Shown here: piece after piece, positions 28,821-37,874 of the stretch
Layout: every line of letters begins with the position of its first letter
How positions within the stretch are numbered: position 1 is the stretch's first letter
Origin: Nitrospirota bacterium
GTDB taxonomy: Bacteria; Nitrospirota; UBA9217
Direction: 5' to 3'
Assembly: GCA_033854515.1 (NCBI GenBank)
Contig: JAWOJY010000033.1
Span: 1 to 60,656, forward strand
Length of the DNA: 60,656 bases
The notes under the pieces: model-generated
What the model was told of the DNA's origin: nothing
The model's database searches: none
The model's input: only the letters and a program-made list of their open reading frames with translations
Position numbers and translations under genes: made by a program

Positions 28821-28995
28821 TTATTTTCTCGAACATGTTGGGGATCGGGGTGATTTCGATCTTATCGAATGATTCCGCGCAATCGAGACACTCCCAATGG
28901 TGCACGGTCCAATATTCATCTTCCATCTCTATACTGTAGTCGTCTTCCTGAAAGAGATTCTGTCCTCCACAGAACGGGCACATGATCGGCTCCAT
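28801..28995 (-). CDS. Small Zn-ribbon protein (64 aa)
   Basis: CPFCGG...CLDC (Cys4). A strong GGAGGA Shine-Dalgarno (complement of 29002-29007) lies 6 nt before the ATG at 28995. The 3' end overlaps the alr start by 20 nt. Confidence 0.55.
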   Translation of the reverse strand: MEPIMCPFCGGQNLFQEDDYSIEMEDEYWTVHHWECLDCAESFDKIEITPIPNMFEKINESTIH

Positions 28996-29174
28996 AGTTT
29001 ATCCTCCGATTTTCACTCCATCCGAAGCCACGCTCAGCGCAAGGAATGAAAATCCATATACGATGAAACTGCGCACCATGCAAAGTCAAAATAATTTTTA
29101 CCACTATTTCAATTTTACTTTATCACAGGGGGACTGTTTTTGCAAAATGTTTTTTGTCGCGTTGAAATGAAGCG

Positions 29175-30266
29175 TCACCGGCCGAGGAGAACGTCTTTGA
29201 GTGCGCTTACCAGGCGCTCGTTCTCCCTCTTTGTCTTCACGGCGATCCTGATATAACGGTTGTCGAGGTTAGGGAAAGATGAGCAGTCACGGATCAGTAT
29301 TCCCCGTCGGGCAAGTTTCTCGGTCAGCGTGAGGGAATCCATCGTCGCCAGTTTGACAAATATGAAATTCGCCGCGCTTGGGAAGGGTTCCACGCCGGGC
29401 AGAAGTCTGAAGGCGGAGATGAGACGCTCCCGTTCCCGTTCGATGAGCTTGCGGGTCTTCCTGATATGTCCCCAGGAGGTGAGCGCTGCAATGGCAGCGC
29501 GTTCGGCGGGAATATTTACCGTCCATGGTTCCTGGTTTGAGCGGAGCGCCTCGATCGTTTCGGCATCGGCCACTCCGTACCCGATCCGCAGTCCCGGCAT
29601 CCCGAAAAATTTTGTAAAAGCCCTGATGCAGATGAGGTGCGAGGACTGCACGGCCTCTCTAACGAGAGAATCGGAGCCCGTAAAGTCCATGAACGCCTCG
29701 TCCACGACGAGCCTCACCCCTTCCTGGGCGGCGTACTTCAAGATTTCGAGCATCTCCGCTCTGGACACAAGCTGGCCCGTAGGGTTGTTCGGGTTGCAGA
29801 GAAAAGCCATGTCCATGCCCTTGAGCTTGAATGCCGTCTCGACCGGGTCGAGACGGTATCCGTCCTTCTCGCTGAGCAGAAAGAGAACGGCCTCTGCGCC
29901 GGCGCTTTCCGCGGCTGCCGCGTACTCGGTGAATGTGGGCGCAGGGATCAGCACCCTTTTCGGTTTGAAGACCCGCGGGATCAGATAGATGAGTTCGATG
30001 GAGCCGTTCCCGCAGATGACATTATCTGGGTTGATGCCGAAGTACCTGGAGACGGCCGTTCGAAGTCCTGTCATGGAGGGCTCGGGATAGCGGTTGATGA
30101 TCGAGAGCGACTCTTTAGCGGCCCGTACGGCCGCCGGTGAAGGTCCCAGAGGGTTGATATTCGCGCTGAAATCCAGAATGTCTCCCTCGCTTATCTCATA
30201 GCGTTGTACTATATCGTAAATATTACCGCCGTGTGTTCTCATGACCGTGCTATCACCTTTCGCCAT
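29175..30266 (-). CDS. cobD: Threonine-phosphate decarboxylase (CobD; class II aminotransferase fold)
   Basis: HGGNIYD..ILDFSANINPLGPSP, FLCNPNNPTGQL, DEAFMDF and FTKFFGMPGLRIGY closely follow the Salmonella CobD pattern rather than HisC. Confidence 0.75.
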   Translation of the reverse strand: MAKGDSTVMRTHGGNIYDIVQRYEISEGDILDFSANINPLGPSPAAVRAAKESLSIINRYPEPSMTGLRTAVSRYFGINPDNVICGNGSIELIYLIPRVFKPKRVLIPAPTFTEYAAAAESAGAEAVLFLLSEKDGYRLDPVETAFKLKGMDMAFLCNPNNPTGQLVSRAEMLEILKYAAQEGVRLVVDEAFMDFTGSDSLVREAVQSSHLICIRAFTKFFGMPGLRIGYGVADAETIEALRSNQEPWTVNIPAERAAIAALTSWGHIRKTRKLIERERERLISAFRLLPGVEPFPSAANFIFVKLATMDSLTLTEKLARRGILIRDCSSFPNLDNRYIRIAVKTKRENERLVSALKDVLLGR

Positions 30267-30364
30267 TATGATTATCGTAGATATTTTTTCTTCTGCAGCT
30301 CACCCGAGCGCTTCCTGCGTACCTTTCTGCAGCTTCCTGTTTCGAACGACATGAGAAAAATCGA

Positions 30365-32119
30365 TTATAGCTCCTCGACGAGGTCGGGGAAACGTTTCTG
30401 CATGAACGCTTCGGCCGCGTTCCGGGCGAGGACGGCCGTAGGCTGCTGCATCACCATAGCGGCAAGCTCAAGCGCATCCTGCATGCGGATTGACCTGATG
30501 ACCTTTTTGATCCAGGGAATCGAGGACACATTCATGCTGAGGTATTGGAACCCGAGCCCCAGAAGGATCGCGGCATACAACGGATCACCCGCCATCTCAC
30601 CGCACATCGCGAGGGTGATGTTGGCCCTGTGCGCCGCCTCGGAAACCCGCTGGAGCAGCCGCAGGACCGCGGGGTCGAGCGGTTCGTACATATACGCCAC
30701 GTGCTCATTCTGGCGGTCGATTGCAAGCGTATACTGAATAAGGTCGTTGGTGCCCACGCTGAAAAAATCGACTTCGGCCGCCAGGAGATCCGAGATCATG
30801 GCCGCCGACGGAATTTCAATCATCACGCCCACCTTCACCTGTTCGTCGAAGGCCACTCCTTCCGAGCGCAGTTCCGTCTTCACCTCTTCGAGAATTTTTT
30901 TGGCTTCATAGAGCTCGGGCAGGCCCGAGATCATGGGATACAGTATTCTGATGCGTCCGTGCGCCGTGGCCCTCAGTATGCCCCTGAGCTGGGTCCTGAA
31001 TATGTCCTTCTTCTGGAGCAGGAAGCGTATCGCCCTGAGTCCCAAGGCTGGGTTCGCCTCTTTTTCAAAGCCGCCGGGAATCCCGATCTTGTCGCCGCCC
31101 ACGTCGAGCGTGCGGATCACCACTTCATGGGGGGCGGCCCGCTCCGCCACGTGCCGGTAGGCAACATAGTGCTCCTCCTCGGTCGGCAGCGTCGGCCTGT
31201 TCAGAAACAGGAATTCCGTGCGGTAGAGACCGATGCCGGCGCCGCCGTGCTCGGCGACGGACCTCACCTCCTCGGGAAGCTCGATGTTTCCCTGGAGGTA
31301 TACCACATGACCGTCGAGCGTCTCTGCGGCAAGAGGTTTGAGTTTCTCGAGTTCCTGCTCAAAGTATTTATATCGCCGCTGCTTTTTCAGGTAATCGAGA
31401 AAAGTCTCTTCATCGGGATCGACAATGACAACGCCGTGGATGCCGTCCAGGATAACGACGTCGCCCGTCTTTATCACTCCCGTGATCTTCTCGAGGCCGA
31501 CCGCCGCGGGAATGCCGAGCGAGCGGGCAAGAATGGCCGTGTGGGATGTTCTGCTGCCCGCATCCGTTGCAAAGCCCAGTATCCTGTCCTTGCGCATGAC
31601 GAGCGTATCGGTGGGTGCAAGGTCATGGGCGATAATGACCGCCTCGTCCTTGATGTCGGCGAGACTTTCCTGCCGGTGCCCGACAAGGTTCCGCAAAATC
31701 CGCTCGCCCACCTGCTCAATGTCGTGCTTTCGTTCGCGAAGGTACTCGTCCTCGATGCTGTCGAACTTGTCCGCAATGGCCGAAATCGTCTCTTTGAGGG
31801 CCCCTTCGGCGTTCAGATGCGATTCCTTGATCCTCTTGACGGTACCGTCGACAAGCATTTTGTCTTCGAGCAGCATGATGTGCGTATCGAGGATATACAG
31901 GTGCGATTTTCCCAGGCCCTTGGTCAGGCGTTTTTTAAGGTCTTCGAGCTGCGCCCTGGAGACTTCGATCGCCTTTTTAAACCGGGCCACTTCGTCCTTG
32001 ATCTTGACGTCCTCTATCCTCTGGCCCGCAACGACGACTTTACGGCGATCCAGGAGATAGGCTCTGCCGATCACAACCCCCGGAGAAACACCTATACCTT
32101 TATATATCTTCTCTTGCAT
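30365..32119 (-). CDS. ptsI: Phosphoenolpyruvate-protein phosphotransferase (PTS Enzyme I)
   Basis: 584 aa. Active-site His region GSRTSHTAILARSLGIPAAVG and a C-terminal PEP-utilising domain (GTNDLIQYTLA). Confidence 0.95.
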   Translation of the reverse strand: MQEKIYKGIGVSPGVVIGRAYLLDRRKVVVAGQRIEDVKIKDEVARFKKAIEVSRAQLEDLKKRLTKGLGKSHLYILDTHIMLLEDKMLVDGTVKRIKESHLNAEGALKETISAIADKFDSIEDEYLRERKHDIEQVGERILRNLVGHRQESLADIKDEAVIIAHDLAPTDTLVMRKDRILGFATDAGSRTSHTAILARSLGIPAAVGLEKITGVIKTGDVVILDGIHGVVIVDPDEETFLDYLKKQRRYKYFEQELEKLKPLAAETLDGHVVYLQGNIELPEEVRSVAEHGGAGIGLYRTEFLFLNRPTLPTEEEHYVAYRHVAERAAPHEVVIRTLDVGGDKIGIPGGFEKEANPALGLRAIRFLLQKKDIFRTQLRGILRATAHGRIRILYPMISGLPELYEAKKILEEVKTELRSEGVAFDEQVKVGVMIEIPSAAMISDLLAAEVDFFSVGTNDLIQYTLAIDRQNEHVAYMYEPLDPAVLRLLQRVSEAAHRANITLAMCGEMAGDPLYAAILLGLGFQYLSMNVSSIPWIKKVIRSIRMQDALELAAMVMQQPTAVLARNAAEAFMQKRFPDLVEEL

Positions 32120-32132
32120 GAAAGGTCCCTAT

Positions 32133-32160
32133 CTTCCGTCTTCTTACTTCTTACTTCTGA
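32133..32160. repeat. Tandem 7-nt repeat (x4) in the ptsH-ptsI spacer
   Basis: CTTCCGT CTTCTTA CTTCTTA CTTCTGA on the plus strand. This reads as purine-rich GAAG-containing heptads on the coding strand, 14-41 nt upstream of the ptsI ATG (32119). Confidence 0.75.
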
Positions 32161-32173
32161 TTTTTGGCTTATC

Positions 32174-32443
32174 CTAATCCTTTTCTCCGAACTTATCATT
32201 AAAAAGCCTCACAAGGCTGTCCAAAGCTTCAGTCTCATCCGCACCGTCCACATGAATGGTAACGAAGGTGCCTTTTGCGGCCGCCAGCATCATGATGCCC
32301 ATAATGCTTTTGCCGTCCACCTCGAGATCGTCTTTCAGCAGGATTATTTTCGAGCTGTAGGTGCTGGCCGTTTTTACGATCTGTGCCGCAGCCCTCGCAT
32401 GCAATCCGAGCTTGTTTTCAATCCTGACCTCTTTTATCTTCAT
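32174..32443 (-). CDS. ptsH: Phosphocarrier protein HPr
   Basis: 89 aa from the ATG at 32443 (ATGA overlap with the EIID stop). His15 context LGLHARAAA and Ser46 context GKSIMGI. Confidence 0.9.
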   Translation of the reverse strand: MKIKEVRIENKLGLHARAAAQIVKTASTYSSKIILLKDDLEVDGKSIMGIMMLAAAKGTFVTIHVDGADETEALDSLVRLFNDKFGEKD

Positions 32444-33222
32444 GCGGCCACCCCTAGATACGCGAGAACGAGGCAAACGGCCGCCAGTCCGAGCATGAGC
32501 TTGAGCGGAGACCCGCCCCTTCGCAAAAGGGCTGTCATGGACAAGGTTACGACAAGACCTGTCAGAAGCGTGAGAAGGCCCGGGAGGCGTTGAGACAGCC
32601 GGAACTCCGGCCTCCAGACGGGAGCCATACCGAGGATCCCTCCCACGAGACATAATGAAATGGACTTAAAAAGTCTTGACCGTTTTGCCATCTGATAGCG
32701 GGTCATGAGTGCCCCGGCGTCGCCAGTGGTCTTGAAACCCAGAAACAGCGCACCGGCCCTGATCCGCAGGTGCCAGATATTATAGAGCAGGAGGAACAGA
32801 AACGGGGCCCACCAGGCGCCGGCCATGAGCACTGCCACGGCAGCCAGCGATGCGAGAGGCTTGAGCGCCCCCCAGAAAAAACTGTCTCCGAGCGCCCCCA
32901 GCGGAGACATCAGGACGGTCTTAAGTTCGGATACGTCCGTAGACACATCCAGTCCGCACGAACGGTCCTGCTCGAGTCTGGCAGCGGCTCCGAGGATAAA
33001 TGAGGCCAGGTAGGGCTGCGTGTTGAAATACTCCATATGGAGCGTCAGCCGCGACAAGAACTCATCACGCTCGGGATAGATTTTTTCGAGAACAGGCCGC
33101 AGTGCGTATGCGAACCCGAGCGTCTGCATCCTGCCGAAGCTCCAGGACGCCTGGATCAAAAAAGCCCTCCAGAGCGTTCCGAACAAATCAAAAGTCCCGA
33201 TTTTTTTACGATCGTCTCTCAC
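32440..33222 (-). CDS. PTS mannose/fructose/sorbose-family EIID component
   Basis: LFGTLWRAFLIQASWSFGRMQTLGFAYAL is the typical EIID N-terminus. The proposed GTG start at 33222 has GGAG 9 nt upstream; the ORF track extends to 33267. Confidence 0.8.
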   Translation of the reverse strand: MRDDRKKIGTFDLFGTLWRAFLIQASWSFGRMQTLGFAYALRPVLEKIYPERDEFLSRLTLHMEYFNTQPYLASFILGAAARLEQDRSCGLDVSTDVSELKTVLMSPLGALGDSFFWGALKPLASLAAVAVLMAGAWWAPFLFLLLYNIWHLRIRAGALFLGFKTTGDAGALMTRYQMAKRSRLFKSISLCLVGGILGMAPVWRPEFRLSQRLPGLLTLLTGLVVTLSMTALLRRGGSPLKLMLGLAAVCLVLAYLGVAA

Positions 33223-33979
33223 GGTAGTACACTCCCAGAATTCCGGCGCAGACCGCAGACAGCACAATTACCACATAATGGGCATGGAATGCAAGACCAA
33301 GTACCGCAGCGGTGAGAAAACCGATGATCAAAAATCCGTCAAGAGTTTTGATCGATAGCTTGCGCACCACCGATGCCGCCCCGAGAAAGGGAAGAAGCTT
33401 TGTATACAGCGTCATCGCGTTATGGTACGTCTCCGGAACGCCGGCAAACCATCGGACCGCTGCGGCTCCGATGGGAATGCAGACGAGGTACAGGACAAAG
33501 GATTTCACAAAAAAAACGATTATCCCCGCCAGGTGCGCCCGAGACAATCGAGTGGGAACGTCCCTGCCCGGCCCGGAGAACACAAAGTCGGCAAGCCGCG
33601 TGTTCCATTTTCTGATTACGTTATCTGCGGCCATGGTCAGCGGCGCCAGAACAATGGTGAGGAGGATACTGAACCCTAACAGCGACAGTTCCGGCCTGCC
33701 CCGACCGCCCAACACCGCCGCGGCCGTTGCACATATCACTGCCACGGTGGAGTCGGCAGGCACAAAGGTTCCGATGGGAATATCCAGCAGCCAGATGAGT
33801 TCCAGGATCGTGCCGATCACCAGACCGGCCGTTACATCACCCAGGATCCAGCCGGTCAGGGGACCGGCGACAACGGGCTGGGAGAACATGAATTGTCCCA
33901 CCGCAGTCCTGTCCAGGCTGATGACGCCTCCGCAGAACGACACCAGCAGTATCTTATAAAGAGTATCCGAATCGAACAT
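33206..33979 (-). CDS. PTS mannose-family EIIC component
   Basis: 257 aa, polytopic. LVSFCGGVISLDRTAVGQFMFSQPVVAGPLTGWILGD matches the EIIC-Man pattern. Confidence 0.8.
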   Translation of the reverse strand: MFDSDTLYKILLVSFCGGVISLDRTAVGQFMFSQPVVAGPLTGWILGDVTAGLVIGTILELIWLLDIPIGTFVPADSTVAVICATAAAVLGGRGRPELSLLGFSILLTIVLAPLTMAADNVIRKWNTRLADFVFSGPGRDVPTRLSRAHLAGIIVFFVKSFVLYLVCIPIGAAAVRWFAGVPETYHNAMTLYTKLLPFLGAASVVRKLSIKTLDGFLIIGFLTAAVLGLAFHAHYVVIVLSAVCAGILGVYYRERRS

Positions 33980-34006
33980 ACGGTATAAGCACCTGCTTCA
34001 TCGTTC

Positions 34007-34513
34007 CTATGTCTTTTTTTGCTTCAGAACGTCTCGACACAGCAGCAGCACCTTGGTGAGCGGCACCGGTTTGTCCGTGGGCACGGTCTGAATATCGACT
34101 TTGATGCCCCTTTTGACGATTTCGTTGAACGCCTTCAAATCGGCGGCGTCGACGGCGAGAACATCCATGAGCCTGATCTTGCCCGGCGTGTAATGCATCC
34201 CGCCGATATTGACCCCCCGGCAATCCAGGCCCGACAGGATCGCCCGAAGAGCATCGGTAGGGTTTGAGAAGAGCAGGATGGCGCGCTCCGCATCGAACGC
34301 CGTGGACCGGATCCGGGCGCAAATCTCCTCGACCCCTCCTATATGGACCTTCAGGCCCTGTGGCGCGGATATCTCCATGATGGAACACTGGAGCGGGTTT
34401 TTGGCGACCTTGTCATCGGCAACGAGTATCGACGTTGCCTTCAAGAAATTAACCCACCCCTCCACCACCTGGCCGTGGATGAGCCGGTCGTCTATGCGCG
34501 TGAAAACAATCAT
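34007..34513 (-). CDS. PTS mannose/sorbose-family EIIB component
   Basis: MIVFTRIDDRLIHGQVVEGW carries the phosphorylatable His of EIIB-Man. Confidence 0.85.
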   Translation of the reverse strand: MIVFTRIDDRLIHGQVVEGWVNFLKATSILVADDKVAKNPLQCSIMEISAPQGLKVHIGGVEEICARIRSTAFDAERAILLFSNPTDALRAILSGLDCRGVNIGGMHYTPGKIRLMDVLAVDAADLKAFNEIVKRGIKVDIQTVPTDKPVPLTKVLLLCRDVLKQKKT

Positions 34514-34519
34514 GATCGT

Positions 34520-34921
34520 CTATTTTTTCCCTTTGAGCATCTGGCTTGCGATGACGATGCTCTTCTGTCCCGCCTCCTGCACCAGTTTCGCCAGTTCGTG
34601 CAGTTGCTTTTCGTCCCTGTGGTTCGCGAACTTGATGAGCATGGAAAGATTGACGCCGCTCACCACTTCGATAGAATCTCCCAGAAAAGCGAGCGCGATA
34701 TTGGAGGGAGTGCCCCCGAACATGTCCGTCAGCAGCATCACGCCCTTCTTCTTATCCACCTTCTTGATGGCGCTCTGTATTTCACTTCTGAGAGAGTCCG
34801 GCGCGCTCTCCTGCTTGACGCTGACTGTTTCGACCGCCTCCACCTTGCCCACGATCATCTCGACGGCCTTGACCAGTTCCGCGCCCATTTCTCCATGACA
34901 TATTACCACAAGTCCGACCAT
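34520..34921 (-). CDS. PTS mannose-family EIIA component
   Basis: MVGLVVICHGEMGAELVKA carries the active-site His of EIIA-Man. Confidence 0.85.
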   Translation of the reverse strand: MVGLVVICHGEMGAELVKAVEMIVGKVEAVETVSVKQESAPDSLRSEIQSAIKKVDKKKGVMLLTDMFGGTPSNIALAFLGDSIEVVSGVNLSMLIKFANHRDEKQLHELAKLVQEAGQKSIVIASQMLKGKK

Positions 34922-34978
34922 CCCTCGTCTCCTTTCATGAAGCAGGAAAGCCGACCGTCATCAATCAGGTCGCGTCCT

Positions 34979-35839
34979 TTACCCCATGTCCCTGTGTTTC
35001 AGGATAACATCATATCCGCGCGCCCTGAGGCGATCGGCGATCTCGATGGATACGGCGACCGAGCGGTGCCTCCCGCCGGTGCAGCCGAAACCGATCGTAA
35101 GATAGCTTTTCCCCTCGCTCTTGTAACGGGGGAGCAGGTACTCGAGAAACCCGAGCAGCCGCGACAGAAATTCTTCCGACACGGGTTGCGCCGTCACATA
35201 TCGCCTGACTCCTGGGTCCTCTCCCGTATACGGCTTCAACTCCGGAACAAAATGCGGGTTGGGCAGAAAACGGACGTCGAAAAGAAGATCCAGATCATAG
35301 GGCACGCCGAATTTGTACCCGAACGTGACCAGGGTGATCGCCATGGGCCTATCAGCGTCTCCTTCCGAATAATGACGCTCCACAGCCTGCCTCAAATCGT
35401 GCACGGTGTAATCGGACGTATCAAGAATCCGGTCCGCCAGCTTTTTCACTTCTTCGAGCGCCGCCCGTTCGCGCCTGATGCCGTCGAGCAGCGACGTCGT
35501 GCCGCGGGCAAGCGGGTGAGGCCTTCGCGTTTCACTGAACCGGCGCACAAGCGTCTGGTCGGAAGCCTCTAAAAAAAGCATCTCGAGATGTCTGCCCGCC
35601 GTCTTCAATGAACGGTACAAATGAGGGAACTTTTCAGGAAAATCCTTTTCCCTGACGTCTATGCCGATTGCGGAACGGAATGCCTCTTCGGACAGTCCAG
35701 CGTACTCGAGAAATGAAGGCAGGAGCGGGAGCGGGAGATTATCAACGCAGTAATACCCCATGTCCTCGAATGCCTTCAAGGCAGCGCTGCGTCCGGACCC
35801 CGAGAGGCCCGTCACGATCACCATACGCGGTGTGTTCAT
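34979..35839 (-). CDS. rapZ: RNase adapter / nucleotide-binding protein RapZ (YhbJ/YvcJ family)
   Basis: P-loop VIVTGLSGSGRSAALKAFEDMGYYCVDNLP and a C-terminal GCTGGRHRSV motif. Confidence 0.9.
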   Translation of the reverse strand: MNTPRMVIVTGLSGSGRSAALKAFEDMGYYCVDNLPLPLLPSFLEYAGLSEEAFRSAIGIDVREKDFPEKFPHLYRSLKTAGRHLEMLFLEASDQTLVRRFSETRRPHPLARGTTSLLDGIRRERAALEEVKKLADRILDTSDYTVHDLRQAVERHYSEGDADRPMAITLVTFGYKFGVPYDLDLLFDVRFLPNPHFVPELKPYTGEDPGVRRYVTAQPVSEEFLSRLLGFLEYLLPRYKSEGKSYLTIGFGCTGGRHRSVAVSIEIADRLRARGYDVILKHRDMG

Positions 35840-36726
35840 CCTGTCAGCCTTTTTTTGATCCTCCGGTCAAGCTCCCGGGCGGTGAATATGCCTTTGTCTT
35901 TGAGCATCTGATTCCGGGCGGCGACCTCGATCAGTGTCGCCATGTTACGTCCGGGTCTGACCGGCAATTTGAGATACGGCAGATTCACGTTCAGAAGTTT
36001 GTATCGCCGTTCGCGCAGCCCTACCAGACTGTAGTTATGCCCTTTTTTCCATTCTTCCAGCTCCACGACGAGCCCTATTCTGCTTGTTTCGGCTGTGGCC
36101 GAATCCCCGTAGAGCGCCCGTACATTGACGACCCCGAGCCCCCTGATCTGCAAAAGCTCCGCTCCCAGTTCGGCGGCGCTTCCGATTATCACGCCGTCCG
36201 CCTTCTCGATCATCACCATGTCGTCGGCGACAAGCCTGTGGCCCCGGAGCACCAGGTCGAGAGCGGCCTCGCTCTTGCCTATGGCGCTCTCCCCGAGAAT
36301 GAGTGTTCCCAGGCCGAACACTTCCACCAGCACGCCGTGAAGGCTGATTCTCGGGGCGAGGCTCTGTGTCAGCTGCCGTGAAAGCCGGGGCAGGTTTCCC
36401 GTCTTCAGAACCGGGATACGCGCCGAGGTGGGACCTTCGAGAAGTTCCCTGCACACCGCGCCGCCCGTCAGCACAATGCACGCGGGTTTGTGTCTGACAA
36501 GGGCCGCGACCAGACGTTTGCGCTCTTTCTTCGGGAGAGAACACAGGTAGGAGGACTGACGCGGCGGTATATGGAGCATGCTGGATGCAATGCTCCTCCA
36601 GGAGGACGGCGACGAGAGTTCCGCGACGCTGACCTGCGGCGACTTGACTTCCCTGTCGAGGCCCGCCCGGCCCGCGAGCACCCGTGACCGCCCGATCAGG
36701 TCTTTGACCGTAACCTTAACCTTCAT
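35836..36726 (-). CDS. hprK: HPr kinase/phosphorylase
   Basis: LHGVLVEVFGLGTLILGESAIGKSEAALDLVLRGHRLVADD contains the P-loop and signature. 4-nt overlap with rapZ. Confidence 0.9.
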   Translation of the reverse strand: MKVKVTVKDLIGRSRVLAGRAGLDREVKSPQVSVAELSSPSSWRSIASSMLHIPPRQSSYLCSLPKKERKRLVAALVRHKPACIVLTGGAVCRELLEGPTSARIPVLKTGNLPRLSRQLTQSLAPRISLHGVLVEVFGLGTLILGESAIGKSEAALDLVLRGHRLVADDMVMIEKADGVIIGSAAELGAELLQIRGLGVVNVRALYGDSATAETSRIGLVVELEEWKKGHNYSLVGLRERRYKLLNVNLPYLKLPVRPGRNMATLIEVAARNQMLKDKGIFTARELDRRIKKRLTG

Positions 36727-37195
36727 TGTTGGGATACTTGTCGTCCTCTGCGAATATCAGCCTCTGAATTTCCTCTTTGTGGGCGGCATGTCTCAGGTTT
36801 TCCCGCAAAGAAGGGCTTTTGAGCAGACGGGATATTCTCGCCAGGGTTTTCAAATGACCCCCGGGGTCATCGTCCGGCGTTACAAGCAGGAAAAAAAGAG
36901 AAACCGGCTTTCCGTCCAGCGCTTCGAAATCCACTCCCTGGCTCGACCTGCCGAAAGCAATGACCATCTCACTGAGACCGCGCAGTTTTCCGTGAGGAAT
37001 GGCGACGCCGTCTCCGATGCCTGTGGTCCCGAGCGCCTCGCGGTCGAGCAGTACCCGTACAAGTTCAGCGCTGTCCCGCACTTTATCCCTCGCGCGCAGG
37101 AGTTCCGAGAACTCGTTGATCACCCCGGTCTTATCGGTCGCCTTGATCTGTTCGACCACCAGGTCGTCGTGCAAAAAATCCCTGATTCTGACCAT
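36716..37195 (-). CDS. ptsN: PTS EIIA-Ntr (nitrogen regulatory IIA)
   Basis: TGIGDGVAIPHGKL contains the active-site His. 159 aa, in the canonical position after hpf. Confidence 0.9.
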   Translation of the reverse strand: MVRIRDFLHDDLVVEQIKATDKTGVINEFSELLRARDKVRDSAELVRVLLDREALGTTGIGDGVAIPHGKLRGLSEMVIAFGRSSQGVDFEALDGKPVSLFFLLVTPDDDPGGHLKTLARISRLLKSPSLRENLRHAAHKEEIQRLIFAEDDKYPNNEG

Positions 37196-37208
37196 CCCAT
37201 CGGCCTCT

Positions 37209-37742
37209 TCACGCGGCGGGTTCGATCAGTCCCACGTTGCCGTCTTTCCGTCGGTAAATCACATTGATATGACCGCTGCCAGCGTTGGCGAACACGAAGA
37301 AGTCCTTATCGAGCAGTTCCATCTGCATGACGGCTTCTTCGGGAAGCATCGGCTTCATGTCAAACCGTTTGATTTTGATGATCTGGGGTATTCCGTCTTC
37401 AAGAAAAGCGGCTTCCTGTGCTCGTACGGACTGTCCTGCCCTGCCTGAATGCTTATGATCGACGAGCTTTTCTTTGTATCTCCTCACCCGCCCCTCGATC
37501 TTCTCGACGAGCAGGTCGATGGCGGAGTACATCTCCTCGGTCTCTTCCGAGGCCTGTATCAAGAGACCGTTCGATTTTATCACGGCTTCCGCGATATGGT
37601 GAACCTTCTTGACAACCGAGAGGGTAACGACCGCCTGGCTGGCGGCAGGCATATACTTTTCCAACCTGCTGAATTTCTCCTGTGCGTATTGCTTTAACGC
37701 TTCAGTAACGTCTATGTGTCTGCCGATTACCGATACCTGCAT
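37209..37742 (-). CDS. hpf: Ribosome hibernation promoting factor (long HPF)
   Basis: ATG at 37742 follows GAGGAGG. MQVSVIGRHIDVTEALKQYAQEKFSRLEKY is followed by a C-terminal dimerisation domain (FFVFANAGSGHINVIYRRKDG). Confidence 0.9.
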   Translation of the reverse strand: MQVSVIGRHIDVTEALKQYAQEKFSRLEKYMPAASQAVVTLSVVKKVHHIAEAVIKSNGLLIQASEETEEMYSAIDLLVEKIEGRVRRYKEKLVDHKHSGRAGQSVRAQEAAFLEDGIPQIIKIKRFDMKPMLPEEAVMQMELLDKDFFVFANAGSGHINVIYRRKDGNVGLIEPAA

Positions 37743-37874
37743 AAGGGCCTCCTCTGATGAAATTTCAAATATCAACATCCAAACTTCAAACACGTTCCCA
37801 TTCCAGATTCGAATGATTGAAACGATCGGGCGTGAGAATCGTGGCATTTATTTGTGTTTCGGCGCTTGCCGTAC

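Noticed and set aside
30545-32593. 682-aa plus-strand ORF opposite ptsI, ptsH and EIID
   Set aside because: It spans three well-supported minus-strand genes and their spacers. It is a shadow frame with no recognisable domain.
34343-35572. 409-aa plus-strand ORF opposite the EIIA/EIIB and rapZ genes. The same applies to 13372..14082(-), 47160..47912(-), 53662..54606(-) and 4474..5223(-).
   Set aside because: All are antisense to genes with family-specific motifs, and none has motifs of its own.
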